From an uncultured Lactobacillus sp. (GTDB lineage: Bacteria; Bacillota; Bacilli; Lactobacillales; Lactobacillaceae), in the NCBI GenBank assembly GCA_937874185.1, contig CALNAK010000035.1, forward strand, positions 52,019-116,018: a DNA stretch of 64,000 nt, read 5' to 3'. Position numbers and translations under genes: made by a program. Numbering within the stretch: the first letter of the stretch is position 1; every line of letters begins with the position of its first letter. This document shows positions 9,529 to 19,226 of the stretch, in pieces. A model generated the notes under the pieces. That model was not told the DNA's origin and did not search any database. It saw nothing but the letters and a program-made list of their open reading frames with translations.

Positions 9529-10461
9529 ATGAAAACTATATCAGTGATCGTTCCGTGTTTTAATGAAGAAGAAACCATTAAAATTTACTACGATGCAATG
9601 ACAAAGATAAATGAACAGACTGACAAATTCGACTTCGAATATTGGTTTGTTGATGATGGTTCTAAGGATAAAACTTACTCAATTTTAAAAGACCTTCAAA
9701 GAGAACACAGTGATGATGTTCACTTTATTTCCTTCTCCCGAAACTTCGGTAAGGAAGCTGCCCTTTATGCCGGTCTGAATGAAGTTACCGGTGATTATAC
9801 TGCCGTTATGGATGTCGATTTACAAGACCCACCCGAAATGCTTGATGAAATGTTTGACCTGCTAGAAGACGGCGAATACGACTGTGTTGGTACTGCCAGA
9901 ATGGACCGTGAAGGTGAAAATAAAATTATCTCCTTCTTCTCTGAAGGCTTCTATAAAGTCATTAACAAGATGTCCCAAACTAAGATTATTCCTGGTGCCA
10001 GAGATTATCGTTTGATGACTCGCCAAATGGTGGAAGCTATCAAATCAATGACTGAATACAATCGTTTTTCTAAAGGTATCTTTAGTTGGGTTGGTTTCAA
10101 AACTAAATACCTACCATACAAAAACCGTGAACGTTCCGCCGGATCAACTTCTTGGAACTTCTGGAAATTGTTCAAATACGCTATCACTGGTATCGTTGAT
10201 TTCTCTGAAGGTCCCTTGATGTTTGCGACCTGGATGGGAACCATCTTCTCAATCACTTCCGTCGTAGCTATCATAGGAATTATTATTAGAAAATTTGTTA
10301 ATCCTTTAAGTAGCGTTAATGGTTGGGCCTCAATTGTTTCAATCATTCTGCTAATTGGTGGGATTCAACTTCTATGTATTGGTATCCTAGGAGAATATAT
10401 TGGAAAGATTTTCCTAGAAGTTAAAAAGCGTCCAATTTATATTGTTAAAGATAAGAAATAG
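9529..10461 (+). CDS. Family 2 glycosyltransferase, GtrB/CsbB-like polyprenol-phosphate sugar transferase
   Basis: MKTISVIVPCFNEE.., DDGSKD and DVDLQDPP motifs, plus two C-terminal TM helices. The start is set at the internal ATG 9529. Confidence 0.8.
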   Translation: MKTISVIVPCFNEEETIKIYYDAMTKINEQTDKFDFEYWFVDDGSKDKTYSILKDLQREHSDDVHFISFSRNFGKEAALYAGLNEVTGDYTAVMDVDLQDPPEMLDEMFDLLEDGEYDCVGTARMDREGENKIISFFSEGFYKVINKMSQTKIIPGARDYRLMTRQMVEAIKSMTEYNRFSKGIFSWVGFKTKYLPYKNRERSAGSTSWNFWKLFKYAITGIVDFSEGPLMFATWMGTIFSITSVVAIIGIIIRKFVNPLSSVNGWASIVSIILLIGGIQLLCIGILGEYIGKIFLEVKKRPIYIVKDKK

Positions 10462-10545
10462 CAGGGATAATTTGCAGCGACTTCTTGATTTAGAATTTTT
10501 TCTAATTTTGGAGGAAAGGCAAATCTCCCTGCTTTTTATTTTTGT
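10460..10545 (+). terminator. Intrinsic terminator (long-loop hairpin plus T-run)
   Basis: AGCAGGGAtAaTTTGC (10460-10475) pairs with GCAAAtCTCCCTGCT (10519-10533), followed by TTTTTATTTTT. Confidence 0.6.
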
Positions 10546-10626
10546 TCCAAAAACGAATGTTATCGCATGATAAACCACTTACATTAAGATATAATGTATA
10601 CGAATAGACCAAGGGATGGATTAAAA

Positions 10627-11214
10627 ATGAATGTACGTGATCGCCAAGCCGAGAATACTAAAAATGCCATTTTAAAAGTTGCTGCCGATATGTTCTTGTC
10701 ACAAGGATATCAAGCAACTTCAACTCGAAAGATTGCCCAAGAGTTGAATATTACTCAACCAAATATGTATCACTACTATAAGAACAAGAAAGTTCTCTAT
10801 GTTAAAGCTATTGAATATGCCGTCAGTGGTTTTAGCGCCAACCTTCTAAAAGAATACAACGAGAACAAAGATTTACCATTTGAGGATTTATTACTATACA
10901 TGTCTCAATATATGATTGGGAATTTTCGCATCAATTATTTTGTCATGCGAAACGATATTGAAAACTTTTTTACGGATGAGGAACGTAGAAATCTAAGTAA
11001 AAACTGGGATGGTGGTTATTACAAAGTGCTTTTCAATATCTTCCAATCACACAAAAGTGAACTACGTTCTGATCTTGCCATTCCTGTTCAAGTCGGAACT
11101 TTTTTGACAATGTTACTTCCATACATTGAATATAACGATGCCAAACGGAAGCGTAATATTGCTAATCTTAAAACGGTTATCAATATTTTCATCAATGGCG
11201 TCAAAAAGGATTAG
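10627..11214 (+). CDS. TetR/AcrR family transcriptional regulator
   Basis: N-terminal HTH (ILKVAADMFLSQGYQATSTRKIAQELNITQPNMYHYY). The start is set at ATG 10627 after AGGGATGGA. Confidence 0.85.
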   Translation: MNVRDRQAENTKNAILKVAADMFLSQGYQATSTRKIAQELNITQPNMYHYYKNKKVLYVKAIEYAVSGFSANLLKEYNENKDLPFEDLLLYMSQYMIGNFRINYFVMRNDIENFFTDEERRNLSKNWDGGYYKVLFNIFQSHKSELRSDLAIPVQVGTFLTMLLPYIEYNDAKRKRNIANLKTVINIFINGVKKD

Positions 11215-11223
11215 GAGTCAGCC

Positions 11224-12372
11224 ATGGAATTTATAACTCTTTTAGCATTGATGCTATTTTTAACACTTGTTGTTAGTCATATTTTTAATAAATTGAATCT
11301 ACCGGCTGTGATTGGCCAATTGATTCTTGGAGTGGTTTTAGGAAAAGGTGTTTTAAATATCGTTAAATCAAATAACGATGTCGAACTTTTCGCTGAGATT
11401 GGGGTCATCTTATTGATGTTCCTAGCCGGCTTGGAAAGTGACCTTAAATTACTGAGAAAGCACCTACTCCCTAGTATCAATGTCGCAATATTTGGGGTTA
11501 TTCTTCCTGTTGCTCTGACTCTCTTGACCGCACTTATCTTTGGGATAAATCTCAAGGAAAGTATCTTCATCTCAGTTGTTTTCGCCGCAACTTCCGTTTC
11601 AATTTCGGTTGAAGTTTTGAAGAGTTTGAATTATCTTTCGAGTGCCTCGGGAACGGTTATTCTAGGGGCCGCAGTTGTTGACGATATTCTAGCAATTTCA
11701 ATTTTGAGTGTTATGTCAGGAACACTGACAGGCGATTTTTCAGCTAAGAAACTCTTGATGTTATTGGGACTTTGGGTATTATTTGGAGTTCTAGTAGTCG
11801 TACTTCACAAGTGGGTCATTCCGCAACTAATGAAGTTATCGGAATACGTCCAAGCAACTCACGCTCCAAAGATTTTTGCTTTAGTTATCTGTTTTGTAAT
11901 GGCCTATATTGCCGACGAAGTCCAACTGGATGCTGTTCTGGGGGCCTTTGTCGCTGGTATCGCCGTTTCAAATTCGAAGGACTACAATGAAAAAATTAGT
12001 CGTAATATCGAAACGGTTGGTTATGCAATTTTTATCCCAATTTTCTTTATTAGTATTGGGTTGAATCTGGAATTTACGACTTTCCTCAAGGATTTCTGGT
12101 TGATTGTTGTTATGACGTTAACTGGTATTCTTGGAAAGTTGATTGGTTCTGGTTTCGGAGCTAGGATTTCCGGTTTTAGTATGCGGGACTCTTATGTTAT
12201 TGGTTCGGGGATGATTTCTCGTGGTGAAATGGCTCTTATCATTGCCCAGATAGGCTTTGGTGTTAAATTGCTATCTGAGGAATATTACTCTGCTGTTATC
12301 ATTAGTATCATCTTGATCACTATCATCGCTCCATTTTTCCTAAAACACTCAATTAGTAAGAATCCGTTATAG
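11224..12372 (+). CDS. Cation:proton antiporter (CPA2, NapA/KefB-like Na+/H+ exchanger)
   Basis: 382 aa polytopic protein. The N-terminus (..FNKLNLPAVIGQLILGVVLG..) is typical of the Na_H_Exchanger family. Confidence 0.75.
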   Translation: MEFITLLALMLFLTLVVSHIFNKLNLPAVIGQLILGVVLGKGVLNIVKSNNDVELFAEIGVILLMFLAGLESDLKLLRKHLLPSINVAIFGVILPVALTLLTALIFGINLKESIFISVVFAATSVSISVEVLKSLNYLSSASGTVILGAAVVDDILAISILSVMSGTLTGDFSAKKLLMLLGLWVLFGVLVVVLHKWVIPQLMKLSEYVQATHAPKIFALVICFVMAYIADEVQLDAVLGAFVAGIAVSNSKDYNEKISRNIETVGYAIFIPIFFISIGLNLEFTTFLKDFWLIVVMTLTGILGKLIGSGFGARISGFSMRDSYVIGSGMISRGEMALIIAQIGFGVKLLSEEYYSAVIISIILITIIAPFFLKHSISKNPL

Positions 12373-12454
12373 CTTATAGTTACCACAATATCGTTGTAGG
12401 ATATATAATGTTAACGTAAACACTTAATTTTTGTACAGAAGGAGAAGTTTAATT

Positions 12455-13642
12455 ATGGCACACATTTTAGTACTAGGCGCTGGTTACGGTGGATTACGAG
12501 CAGCTCGTGATTTGGCTAAGAATACACCATCTGGCACACAAATTGATTTGATCGATAAAAATGACAAGCATGTTGAAAAAACTGCTTTGCACACAATTGC
12601 AGCTGGGACAAATAGACCTGATGCAGTAAGTTTTGAGATTCGTTCAGTTTTACCTTCAAATGTTAACTTTATTAAAGCAACTGTTTCTAAACTTGATTTA
12701 GATAACAAGACAGTTGAATTCTCTGACCACGATGCTATTTCTTATGATTACATCGTAGTCGCTTTAGGCTTCCGTTCTGAGGACTTTGGACTCGAAGGGG
12801 CTAGTGAAAATGCCTTGATTCTTCAAGACCTCGAATCTGCTCAAAATATTTACAAAAAGATCAACGAAAATATTGCCAACTACAAGAACTCTCAAGATCC
12901 TAAAGACTTGAGTATTGTTGTTTGTGGTGCCGGCTTTACTGGTGTTGAAATCCTTGGTGAATTAGTTGATACAGTTAAAATTCTCAAGGCTAAATATGAT
13001 GTTCCAGAAATTAAAGTTACTTGTCTAGAAATGGCCACAAGAATTTTACCTATGTTTGATGAAAATCTTGCTAGTTATGCCGTTGATTATCTCGACAAGA
13101 GTGGTATTAAACTATTAACTGGTGCCAAAATTACTAAGATTGAAAAACAAGGTGTTGTCTACATGGATGGCGACACAGAAAAACGTGTTGACGGTAGCAC
13201 AATTCTTTGGACTGTTGGTGTCAGTGGTTCTGATGTCATCAAAGATTCAGGAATCGACGCTAGAAGAAACCGTGTTATGACAACCGAATTCTTAAACCTT
13301 GAAGCAAATCCTGAAGCCTTCTTTATTGGTGATGATTCCGCAATTATTCCTAAGGGTGAAAAACGTCCATACCCAACAACAGGTCAATTAGCTACTGCTG
13401 AAGGTGCTGGAGCCGCATTCAATATCGCTGCCGCATTAAATGGCAAAGATTTGAAACCATTTATTTACAAGTCAATGGGTACCGTTGCTTCATTGGGTCA
13501 AAATCATGGTATTGCCGAGATCACAGATAAGAACCTTAAATTCAAAGGTTCACTTGCTTCATTGCTTAAACATCTATCTGCTGATCGTGGAATCATGGAG
13601 ATTGCTGGTATTAAGACAGCTATCAAAAAAGGTACAATTTAA
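12455..13642 (+). CDS. ndh: Type II NADH dehydrogenase (FAD-dependent pyridine nucleotide-disulfide oxidoreductase)
   Basis: Two Rossmann motifs (VLGAGYGG, VCGAGFTG). GGAG lies about 10 nt before the ATG at 12455. Confidence 0.8.
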   Translation: MAHILVLGAGYGGLRAARDLAKNTPSGTQIDLIDKNDKHVEKTALHTIAAGTNRPDAVSFEIRSVLPSNVNFIKATVSKLDLDNKTVEFSDHDAISYDYIVVALGFRSEDFGLEGASENALILQDLESAQNIYKKINENIANYKNSQDPKDLSIVVCGAGFTGVEILGELVDTVKILKAKYDVPEIKVTCLEMATRILPMFDENLASYAVDYLDKSGIKLLTGAKITKIEKQGVVYMDGDTEKRVDGSTILWTVGVSGSDVIKDSGIDARRNRVMTTEFLNLEANPEAFFIGDDSAIIPKGEKRPYPTTGQLATAEGAGAAFNIAAALNGKDLKPFIYKSMGTVASLGQNHGIAEITDKNLKFKGSLASLLKHLSADRGIMEIAGIKTAIKKGTI

Positions 13643-13684
13643 AAATTAAATATAAGTTTGAAACATGTTTGTTTCGACTTAAAA

Positions 13685-13723
13685 AATGTCATCAATTCTA
13701 TTATGGAATTGATGACATTTTTA
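13685..13723 (+). terminator. Intrinsic terminator of ndh
   Basis: TGTCATCAATTC-tattatg-GAATTGATGACA followed by TTTTT. Confidence 0.8.
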
Positions 13724-13744
13724 GCTTAATGTTCTGATTTAAAT

Positions 13745-13886
13745 GAGCTGCACAAGGGTAACTCCTTCCGCTTAAGTCAACAATCTCTGCCGGCACTTCG
13801 TTGCCGACTGAGATTGTAGTCTTAATCCTCGGGAGCTGACCACCCTTGCTCCGCTCTCTATTCTGAAACGGCCTGCTCCGCTCTCT
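13745..13886. repeat. Family-C long imperfect palindrome (single copy here, related to family A)
   Basis: Outer arms are GAGCTGCACAAGGGT (13745-13759) and ACCCTTGCTCCGCTC (13842-13856). The apex is TCTCTGCCGGCA..TGCCGACTGAGA. The 13-nt TGCTCCGCTCTCT is directly repeated at 13847-13859 and 13874-13886. Confidence 0.7.
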
Positions 13887-13986
13887 GATAATTAGACTAA
13901 TTGGCTATTTCGTTTACTCGATCCTCTTTGATTTAAAAATATTATAATAATATACTTACCTTGTATAATTCCAAGGGGTGTTAATC

Positions 13987-14772
13987 ATGACTATCAAAAA
14001 AAATCAAATTTGTTCAGTTTGTGGAAATCGTTTTACTATTATGGAAGGCCTCTTTCTTCGAGATCTGAGTGATGAATTAAAATCACAAGTTTTCAAAACA
14101 AATAAATACGCCAAAGAATCATCTTTTATTTGCTTAAAGGATATGCAAAATCTTCGTATTGCTAAAATGCAGAGTATCATTGATCAAGATTTAAAAACGG
14201 ACCATCAGATGAGTGACAAGCTCAAAAAAGAGTTGGAAAGTGATAATTACGTCATTAAAAATATCAATGATACGGTTTATGGAAAACGGACTACTGGTCA
14301 AAAATTAGCTGATGGTGTAGCCAAATTCGGCGGTAGTTGGGGATTTATTATTGCTTTCACTGTTATTCTAGTAGTCTGGATGACAATCAACGTAGTCCAT
14401 TTCCTAGGCGTTAACTTCGATCCGTATCCATTTATACTATTGAACCTATTCTTGAGCTGTGTGGCTGCCATACAAGCTCCTATCATTATGATGAGTCAAA
14501 ACCGTTCCGCTGAACGTGACCGCTTCGATTCAGAAAATGATTATAAAACAAATACTAAATCTGAAATGGAAATTCGTATCTTGCATGAAAAATTGGACCA
14601 ACTGAATGAAGTCCAATGGCCTCATATTCTGGATATTCAAAAAATGCAGATTGAAGTTCTTAGTGAGATTGAAAATGAAATTCAATCTTTAAAAACCGAA
14701 AATGAATCTAAACGGGATCGTAATACTCGCCATCCTAGTAGAGAACATGACCAAGAACATTCGGAGTCCTAG
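13987..14772 (+). CDS. DUF1003 family membrane protein
   Basis: Core GSWGFIIAFTVILVVWMTINV..FDPYPFILLNLFLSCVAAIQAPIIMMSQNRSAERDR is typical of DUF1003. AAGGGG lies 8 nt before the ATG at 13987. Confidence 0.65.
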   Translation: MTIKKNQICSVCGNRFTIMEGLFLRDLSDELKSQVFKTNKYAKESSFICLKDMQNLRIAKMQSIIDQDLKTDHQMSDKLKKELESDNYVIKNINDTVYGKRTTGQKLADGVAKFGGSWGFIIAFTVILVVWMTINVVHFLGVNFDPYPFILLNLFLSCVAAIQAPIIMMSQNRSAERDRFDSENDYKTNTKSEMEIRILHEKLDQLNEVQWPHILDIQKMQIEVLSEIENEIQSLKTENESKRDRNTRHPSREHDQEHSES

Positions 14773-14777
14773 TTTTT

Positions 14778-14947
14778 ATTTCCGCCTTCCGTAAAAATTG
14801 AAATGCGGCTGGAACGTAGTGGGCACGACTTGAAACTAATTCCATAGACCGGAATCATTTCCAAGCTCGGCCTTATTCTAACCTGACTTCGTCAGCTAAG
14901 AATAAACTTACTACTGAGCCGATTTCAATTTTTATTCCAGGCTAGGT
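14778..14947 (+). repeat. Family-B structured intergenic repeat, copy B1
   Basis: Shares a core of about 150-170 nt (..GGCTGGAACGTAGTGGGCACGACTTG..TTCGTCAGCTAAGAA..) with 44785-44953 (inverted) and 60604-60752. Confidence 0.85.
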
Positions 14948-14966
14948 TCCACTTTAATAATAAATT

Positions 14967-15029
14967 AAAAATACTAATTCTATCCATTCTCTTTCAGTTT
15001 TGAGAGAAAAATAGAATTAGTATTTTTTT
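14967..15029. terminator. Bidirectional terminator between the DUF1003 gene/B1 and amt
   Basis: AAAATACTAATTCTAT ... ATAGAATTAGTATTTT with nested TCTCT..GAGAGA. A-run and T-run flank it. Confidence 0.75.
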
Positions 15030-15043
15030 ACGAGTTTTAAGAT

Positions 15044-16216
15044 TCATCTTTGTATACCAACATCGTTATGAAATAGTCTCTTCAAACAGCTGACAATAAT
15101 TACACCTAAGACCGATACGAATATGATTGTGAAGGTTACTCCGAATAATTGTAGACCAAATAATTTGAATCCTCCACCATATAAAACGCCGTTATGAATC
15201 ACGCTAGGATTAACTGATTTTGTCGCAAACAATCCCACGGCAATAGATCCAACAATTCCACTGACGCCATGGCTGCCAAAGATATCTAGGTAATCATTCA
15301 AATGTAATTTATATTTCAAATAGTTCATAAAATAAAAACTAGCAATCGCTGAAATTATACCTATCAAAAATGAGCCGAATACCGTTACATAGCCTGTTCC
15401 TGGTGTGACACCTACTAACCCACATATACTACCAGTACAGATTCCACTTAAAGTAACTTTTGATTTGAATATTTGTTCCAAGATTATCCAAGTTACTAGT
15501 GCCGAGCATGCCGCAATGGTTGTTGTGAAGAAGGCATTGATGGCCTGGGTATTAAGCTTCAGAGCACTTCCGGCATTGAATCCGTACCAGCCAATCCACA
15601 AAAGGACTGTTCCCATTAAAATCCACATTGGATTACCCTTAGTGGGTTTCTCTTGATATTGATATGGTTTCCTTAGCGTTATAGCGAGAATCAACGCAGT
15701 TATTCCGGCATCTATATGAATCACCGTTCCTCCAGCAAAATCCAATACGCCTATTTTAGCCAAAAATCCGGTCGACGACCAGACGATATGTGCCAACGGA
15801 TAATAGACTAGGAGTGACCAGCAAAAGACGAACAATATAATAAAACGAATTCTAGCCCGACTGGCGACTGCTCCTAAAAATAATGCGGGGGTTAACACGG
15901 CAAACATCATTTGAAATAGTAAATAAACTGCCGTAGGTAATCCAGTTGTACCAAAGGTAGACGATAAGTCTACTCCAGATAGAAATAAGTGTTTCAGGTT
16001 TCCAATGACGCCTAAAAAATTTCCTTCAAATGATAGTGAAAACCCAATAACCATCCACATCAGGCCCGATAATCCGAACATTAGAAAACTTGCAAATAGA
16101 ATTCTAGTGACGTCTTTTTGCGGTACAAAACCACTGTAAAAAATAGCAATTCCTGGAACCATTAACCAGACCAATATAGTCGAAAGGATCATAAAGCCTA
16201 TATCCATAGCAATCAC
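15044..16216 (-). CDS. amt: Ammonium transporter (Amt family)
   Basis: 390 aa polytopic protein with the Amt motif region ..LDFAGGTVIHIDAGITAL.. and WIGWYGFNAGS. Confidence 0.9.
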   Translation of the reverse strand: MIAMDIGFMILSTILVWLMVPGIAIFYSGFVPQKDVTRILFASFLMFGLSGLMWMVIGFSLSFEGNFLGVIGNLKHLFLSGVDLSSTFGTTGLPTAVYLLFQMMFAVLTPALFLGAVASRARIRFIILFVFCWSLLVYYPLAHIVWSSTGFLAKIGVLDFAGGTVIHIDAGITALILAITLRKPYQYQEKPTKGNPMWILMGTVLLWIGWYGFNAGSALKLNTQAINAFFTTTIAACSALVTWIILEQIFKSKVTLSGICTGSICGLVGVTPGTGYVTVFGSFLIGIISAIASFYFMNYLKYKLHLNDYLDIFGSHGVSGIVGSIAVGLFATKSVNPSVIHNGVLYGGGFKLFGLQLFGVTFTIIFVSVLGVIIVSCLKRLFHNDVGIQR

Positions 16217-16421
16217 ATTCTTTTCGTTAGAGTTCCCTCATGTGTTTTTAACATTTTATTCTTTTTCTAATTCCATGTATACCAATATGATTTATAAAAA
16301 GTCATAAATATTTTTAAAATAAATCCGAACTATTATAATGTAGTCGTACTAAACAAAATTCATTTTCTTGTTTAATTTTGGGGGAAGTACTAAGATTCAT
16401 TTCATGTAAAAGGAGATTAAC

Positions 16422-18455
16422 ATGGAAAAGAGAAAGTCATCATTATCTACCTTAGGTATGTTGATTACACTTGGAATCGTTTATGGCGATATTGGAACTT
16501 CACCTTTGTACGTTATGAACTCCATTATTAATAATGCTGGCACCATGGCGGACGCTAAACCTGAATATATTCTCGGTAGCGTTTCATTGATTTTCTGGAC
16601 TCTAATGCTTATCACTACTGTTAAGTATGTCTTGATTGCCATGAAAGCCGATAATAATAATGAAGGTGGGATTTTTGCACTCTATGCTTTAGTACGTTCT
16701 AAGGGCAAATGGTTGATCATACCTGCTCTCATTGGTGGTTCCGCTCTTTTAGCAGATGGAACACTCACCCCCGCTGTTACTGTTACCTCAGCTATCGAAG
16801 GTGTTAAAGGACAACAATTTGGCAACTTTGTTTTTTCCAATAAACAATCAGTCGTACTAATTATCGTGACCATCATTTTGTTATCCGTCTTTATCATTCA
16901 AAAATTTGGTACCGAGCGAATCGGACGTTCCTTCGGTCCTATCATGCTGGTTTGGTTTAGTTTCATTGGTATCGCTGGCCTGTTAAATATGACTGGTGAT
17001 CTCAGCGTTCTAAAAGCGCTCTCTCCAGTTTATGCCATCAAAGTCCTTTTTAGTCCTGTCAATAAAGTCGGTATTTTCATTCTAGGCAGTGTTTTCCTAG
17101 CCACAACTGGTGCGGAAGCACTCTACTCCGATATGGGACAAGTCGGCAAACACAATATTTACGCAACTTGGCCCTTCGTCTATACAATGTTGATGCTCAA
17201 TTACTTAGGTCAGGCTGCCTGGGTAATTTCCAACTATCAAAATAGTCAATACAAGAACATTACCGGTATCAATCCGTTCTATGAAATGTTGCCGGGTGAC
17301 TTCAAAATTTTTGCGATTGTCATAGCTACTTTAGCCGCTATCATTGCTTCACAAGCCTTAATAACTGGTTCATTTACTTTGGTTCAAGAGGCGATTGGTT
17401 TAAAAATTTTACCTAGATTAAGAGTTAAATTCCCTGGTAAATTTGAAAGTCAGCTCTACATTGGTACCGTTAATTGGATGCTCGCAGCTATTACCGTTAG
17501 TATCGTTTGGGCCTTTCGTACTTCAGAACATATGGAAGCAGCCTATGGTTTGGCAATTACCTTAACTATGTTAATGACAACGATTTTGTTACATCAATTC
17601 CTGATCATGAAGAAACATCCAGTTGCCGGTAATATTTTCTTAGTTGCCTTCTTCGCATTAGAAAGTTTGTTCCTGCTATCAAGTTTGATCAAGTTCGTTC
17701 ATGGTGGTTATGTCACCGTTATAATCACCATGGCTATTTTAGCCGTTATGATTATTTGGTACTTCGGTAACAAACGCCGTGACAAATATATGGCCGAAAG
17801 CGAGAATGTTTCACTACTCGACTTTATTCCTCAGATAGAAAAATTGAGTGTTGACGAAGGTATTCCAACCTACGCCACTAACCTAGTTTACATGAATAAA
17901 ATTGGTGAAGATTATACCATCAAACGTTCTATTATCTATTCAATTTTGGACCAGGATCCTAAACGGGCTCGTGTTTATTGGTTCGTTACAGTCAATCAGA
18001 CCAACGCTCCATATGAATGTAATTATACGGTTGATATGATGAATACTAGAAACGTCGTTGCTGTCCATTTGAACCTTGGTTTTAAGAAGTCGCAACACGT
18101 TAATATTTATATCAGACAAATCATTAATGCCTTGATTGACAAAGATATTATTGATGATCAGACACCACGTTATTCAATGGTACCTAATCGTCAAGTTGGT
18201 TCCTTCAAATTCATTATTCAAAACCAACAATTTCAAGACCTTGGCGCTCAAGAACACATGAATAGCCTTGATCGGATATTGATTGGTGGCCGTCTATTAT
18301 TACAAGATATTACTATTTCCCCATCTCTCTGGTATGGTTTGGAATTTAGTGATGTTGTTGAAGAAAAGGTTCCTTTATTCTTAGGTAGTCACACTGATGA
18401 ATATCTAACTCAGAAAAAAGTTAAAAATAACGTTACACCTAAACCAAAAGAATAA
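16422..18455 (+). CDS. kup: KUP/HAK/KT potassium uptake transporter
   Basis: 677 aa with the N-terminal signature [23 protein letters not shown] precedes the start. Confidence 0.9.
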   Translation: MEKRKSSLSTLGMLITLGIVYGDIGTSPLYVMNSIINNAGTMADAKPEYILGSVSLIFWTLMLITTVKYVLIAMKADNNNEGGIFALYALVRSKGKWLIIPALIGGSALLADGTLTPAVTVTSAIEGVKGQQFGNFVFSNKQSVVLIIVTIILLSVFIIQKFGTERIGRSFGPIMLVWFSFIGIAGLLNMTGDLSVLKALSPVYAIKVLFSPVNKVGIFILGSVFLATTGAEALYSDMGQVGKHNIYATWPFVYTMLMLNYLGQAAWVISNYQNSQYKNITGINPFYEMLPGDFKIFAIVIATLAAIIASQALITGSFTLVQEAIGLKILPRLRVKFPGKFESQLYIGTVNWMLAAITVSIVWAFRTSEHMEAAYGLAITLTMLMTTILLHQFLIMKKHPVAGNIFLVAFFALESLFLLSSLIKFVHGGYVTVIITMAILAVMIIWYFGNKRRDKYMAESENVSLLDFIPQIEKLSVDEGIPTYATNLVYMNKIGEDYTIKRSIIYSILDQDPKRARVYWFVTVNQTNAPYECNYTVDMMNTRNVVAVHLNLGFKKSQHVNIYIRQIINALIDKDIIDDQTPRYSMVPNRQVGSFKFIIQNQQFQDLGAQEHMNSLDRILIGGRLLLQDITISPSLWYGLEFSDVVEEKVPLFLGSHTDEYLTQKKVKNNVTPKPKE

Positions 18456-18466
18456 TTGTACTTAAA

Positions 18467-18502
18467 AGAGGTCATTCACAAATGTGAATGACCTCTTTTT
18501 TT
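18467..18502. terminator. Bidirectional terminator (kup / pncA)
   Basis: AGAGGTCATTCACA-aa-TGTGAATGACCTCT flanked by AAAA and TTTTTT. Confidence 0.85.
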
Positions 18503-18510
18503 GATAATTT

Positions 18511-19068
18511 TCAATCTATAACTTCGGCACCTAAACAAGTTTTAAAATGGTTCAAAGCCCATTCATGACCCGCTTGATTAAACGATGCCACTCCTTGTTC
18601 ATGCACTACAATCTTGTAATTCAAATTGTAAGCATCAATTGCAGTGTGTAGAACACAAATATCAGTACATACACCAACTAAGTGTAATGTATCAACATTT
18701 CTTTCCCGTAAACGTAAATCTAAATCTGTACCCGCAAAGGCGCTATAACGAGTCTTATCAAATAACTTAACTTGATCTTCATCGTTATGGTCATCAAACC
18801 AGTCCTTTATTCCGCCATATAGCTCACGACCGCGAGTTCCACGGACATTGTGGGGTGGGAACAATTTAGTTTCTGGATGATATGGGTCGTTTGGCTTGTG
18901 AACATCTGTTGGGAACCAAACCCAGTCACCATTTTGGTACATACTTTCAGCTAAATCAAAAATACTCGATTCAACCTTTTGACCAGGCTCGCCACAGGTT
19001 AAGGCACCATTGTCGGCCACGAAATCATTTGTATAATCGATAATCAATAACGCTTGATGTGAAGACAT
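18511..19068 (-). CDS. pncA: Isochorismatase-family cysteine hydrolase, nicotinamidase-like
   Basis: 185 aa with LLIIDYTNDF.. and the catalytic Cys context LVGVCTDICV. Confidence 0.7.
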   Translation of the reverse strand: MSSHQALLIIDYTNDFVADNGALTCGEPGQKVESSIFDLAESMYQNGDWVWFPTDVHKPNDPYHPETKLFPPHNVRGTRGRELYGGIKDWFDDHNDEDQVKLFDKTRYSAFAGTDLDLRLRERNVDTLHLVGVCTDICVLHTAIDAYNLNYKIVVHEQGVASFNQAGHEWALNHFKTCLGAEVID

Positions 19069-19226
19069 AGTATTTTCCTACTTTCTTCTAGCTATTTGGT
19101 TACACTAAAATTATTGAAAATCTTTTCATGTAAGTCAATTTATTCGCTTACATGTGATTTTTTCACAATAAATTTTGCTATGATATAGGCGTATTCAAAA
19201 CACTACTTTGAAGGGGATCTATTATT

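Noticed and set aside
16217-16421. Looked for a c-di-AMP (ydaO/kimA-type) riboswitch or other leader upstream of kup
   Set aside because: The region is uniformly AT-rich with no GC-containing conserved helices. Only ordinary promoter-like sequences for the divergent amt and kup genes are present.
19150-19185. Hairpin CATGTAAG-tcaatttattc-GCTTACATG plus T-run upstream of cas9, sharing GTAAGTCA with the CRISPR repeat; considered as a second anti-repeat or tracr-related site
   Set aside because: Only about 8-10 nt of identity with the repeat, which is expected by chance in AT-rich DNA. It is better explained as a small terminator or insulator between pncA and cas9.
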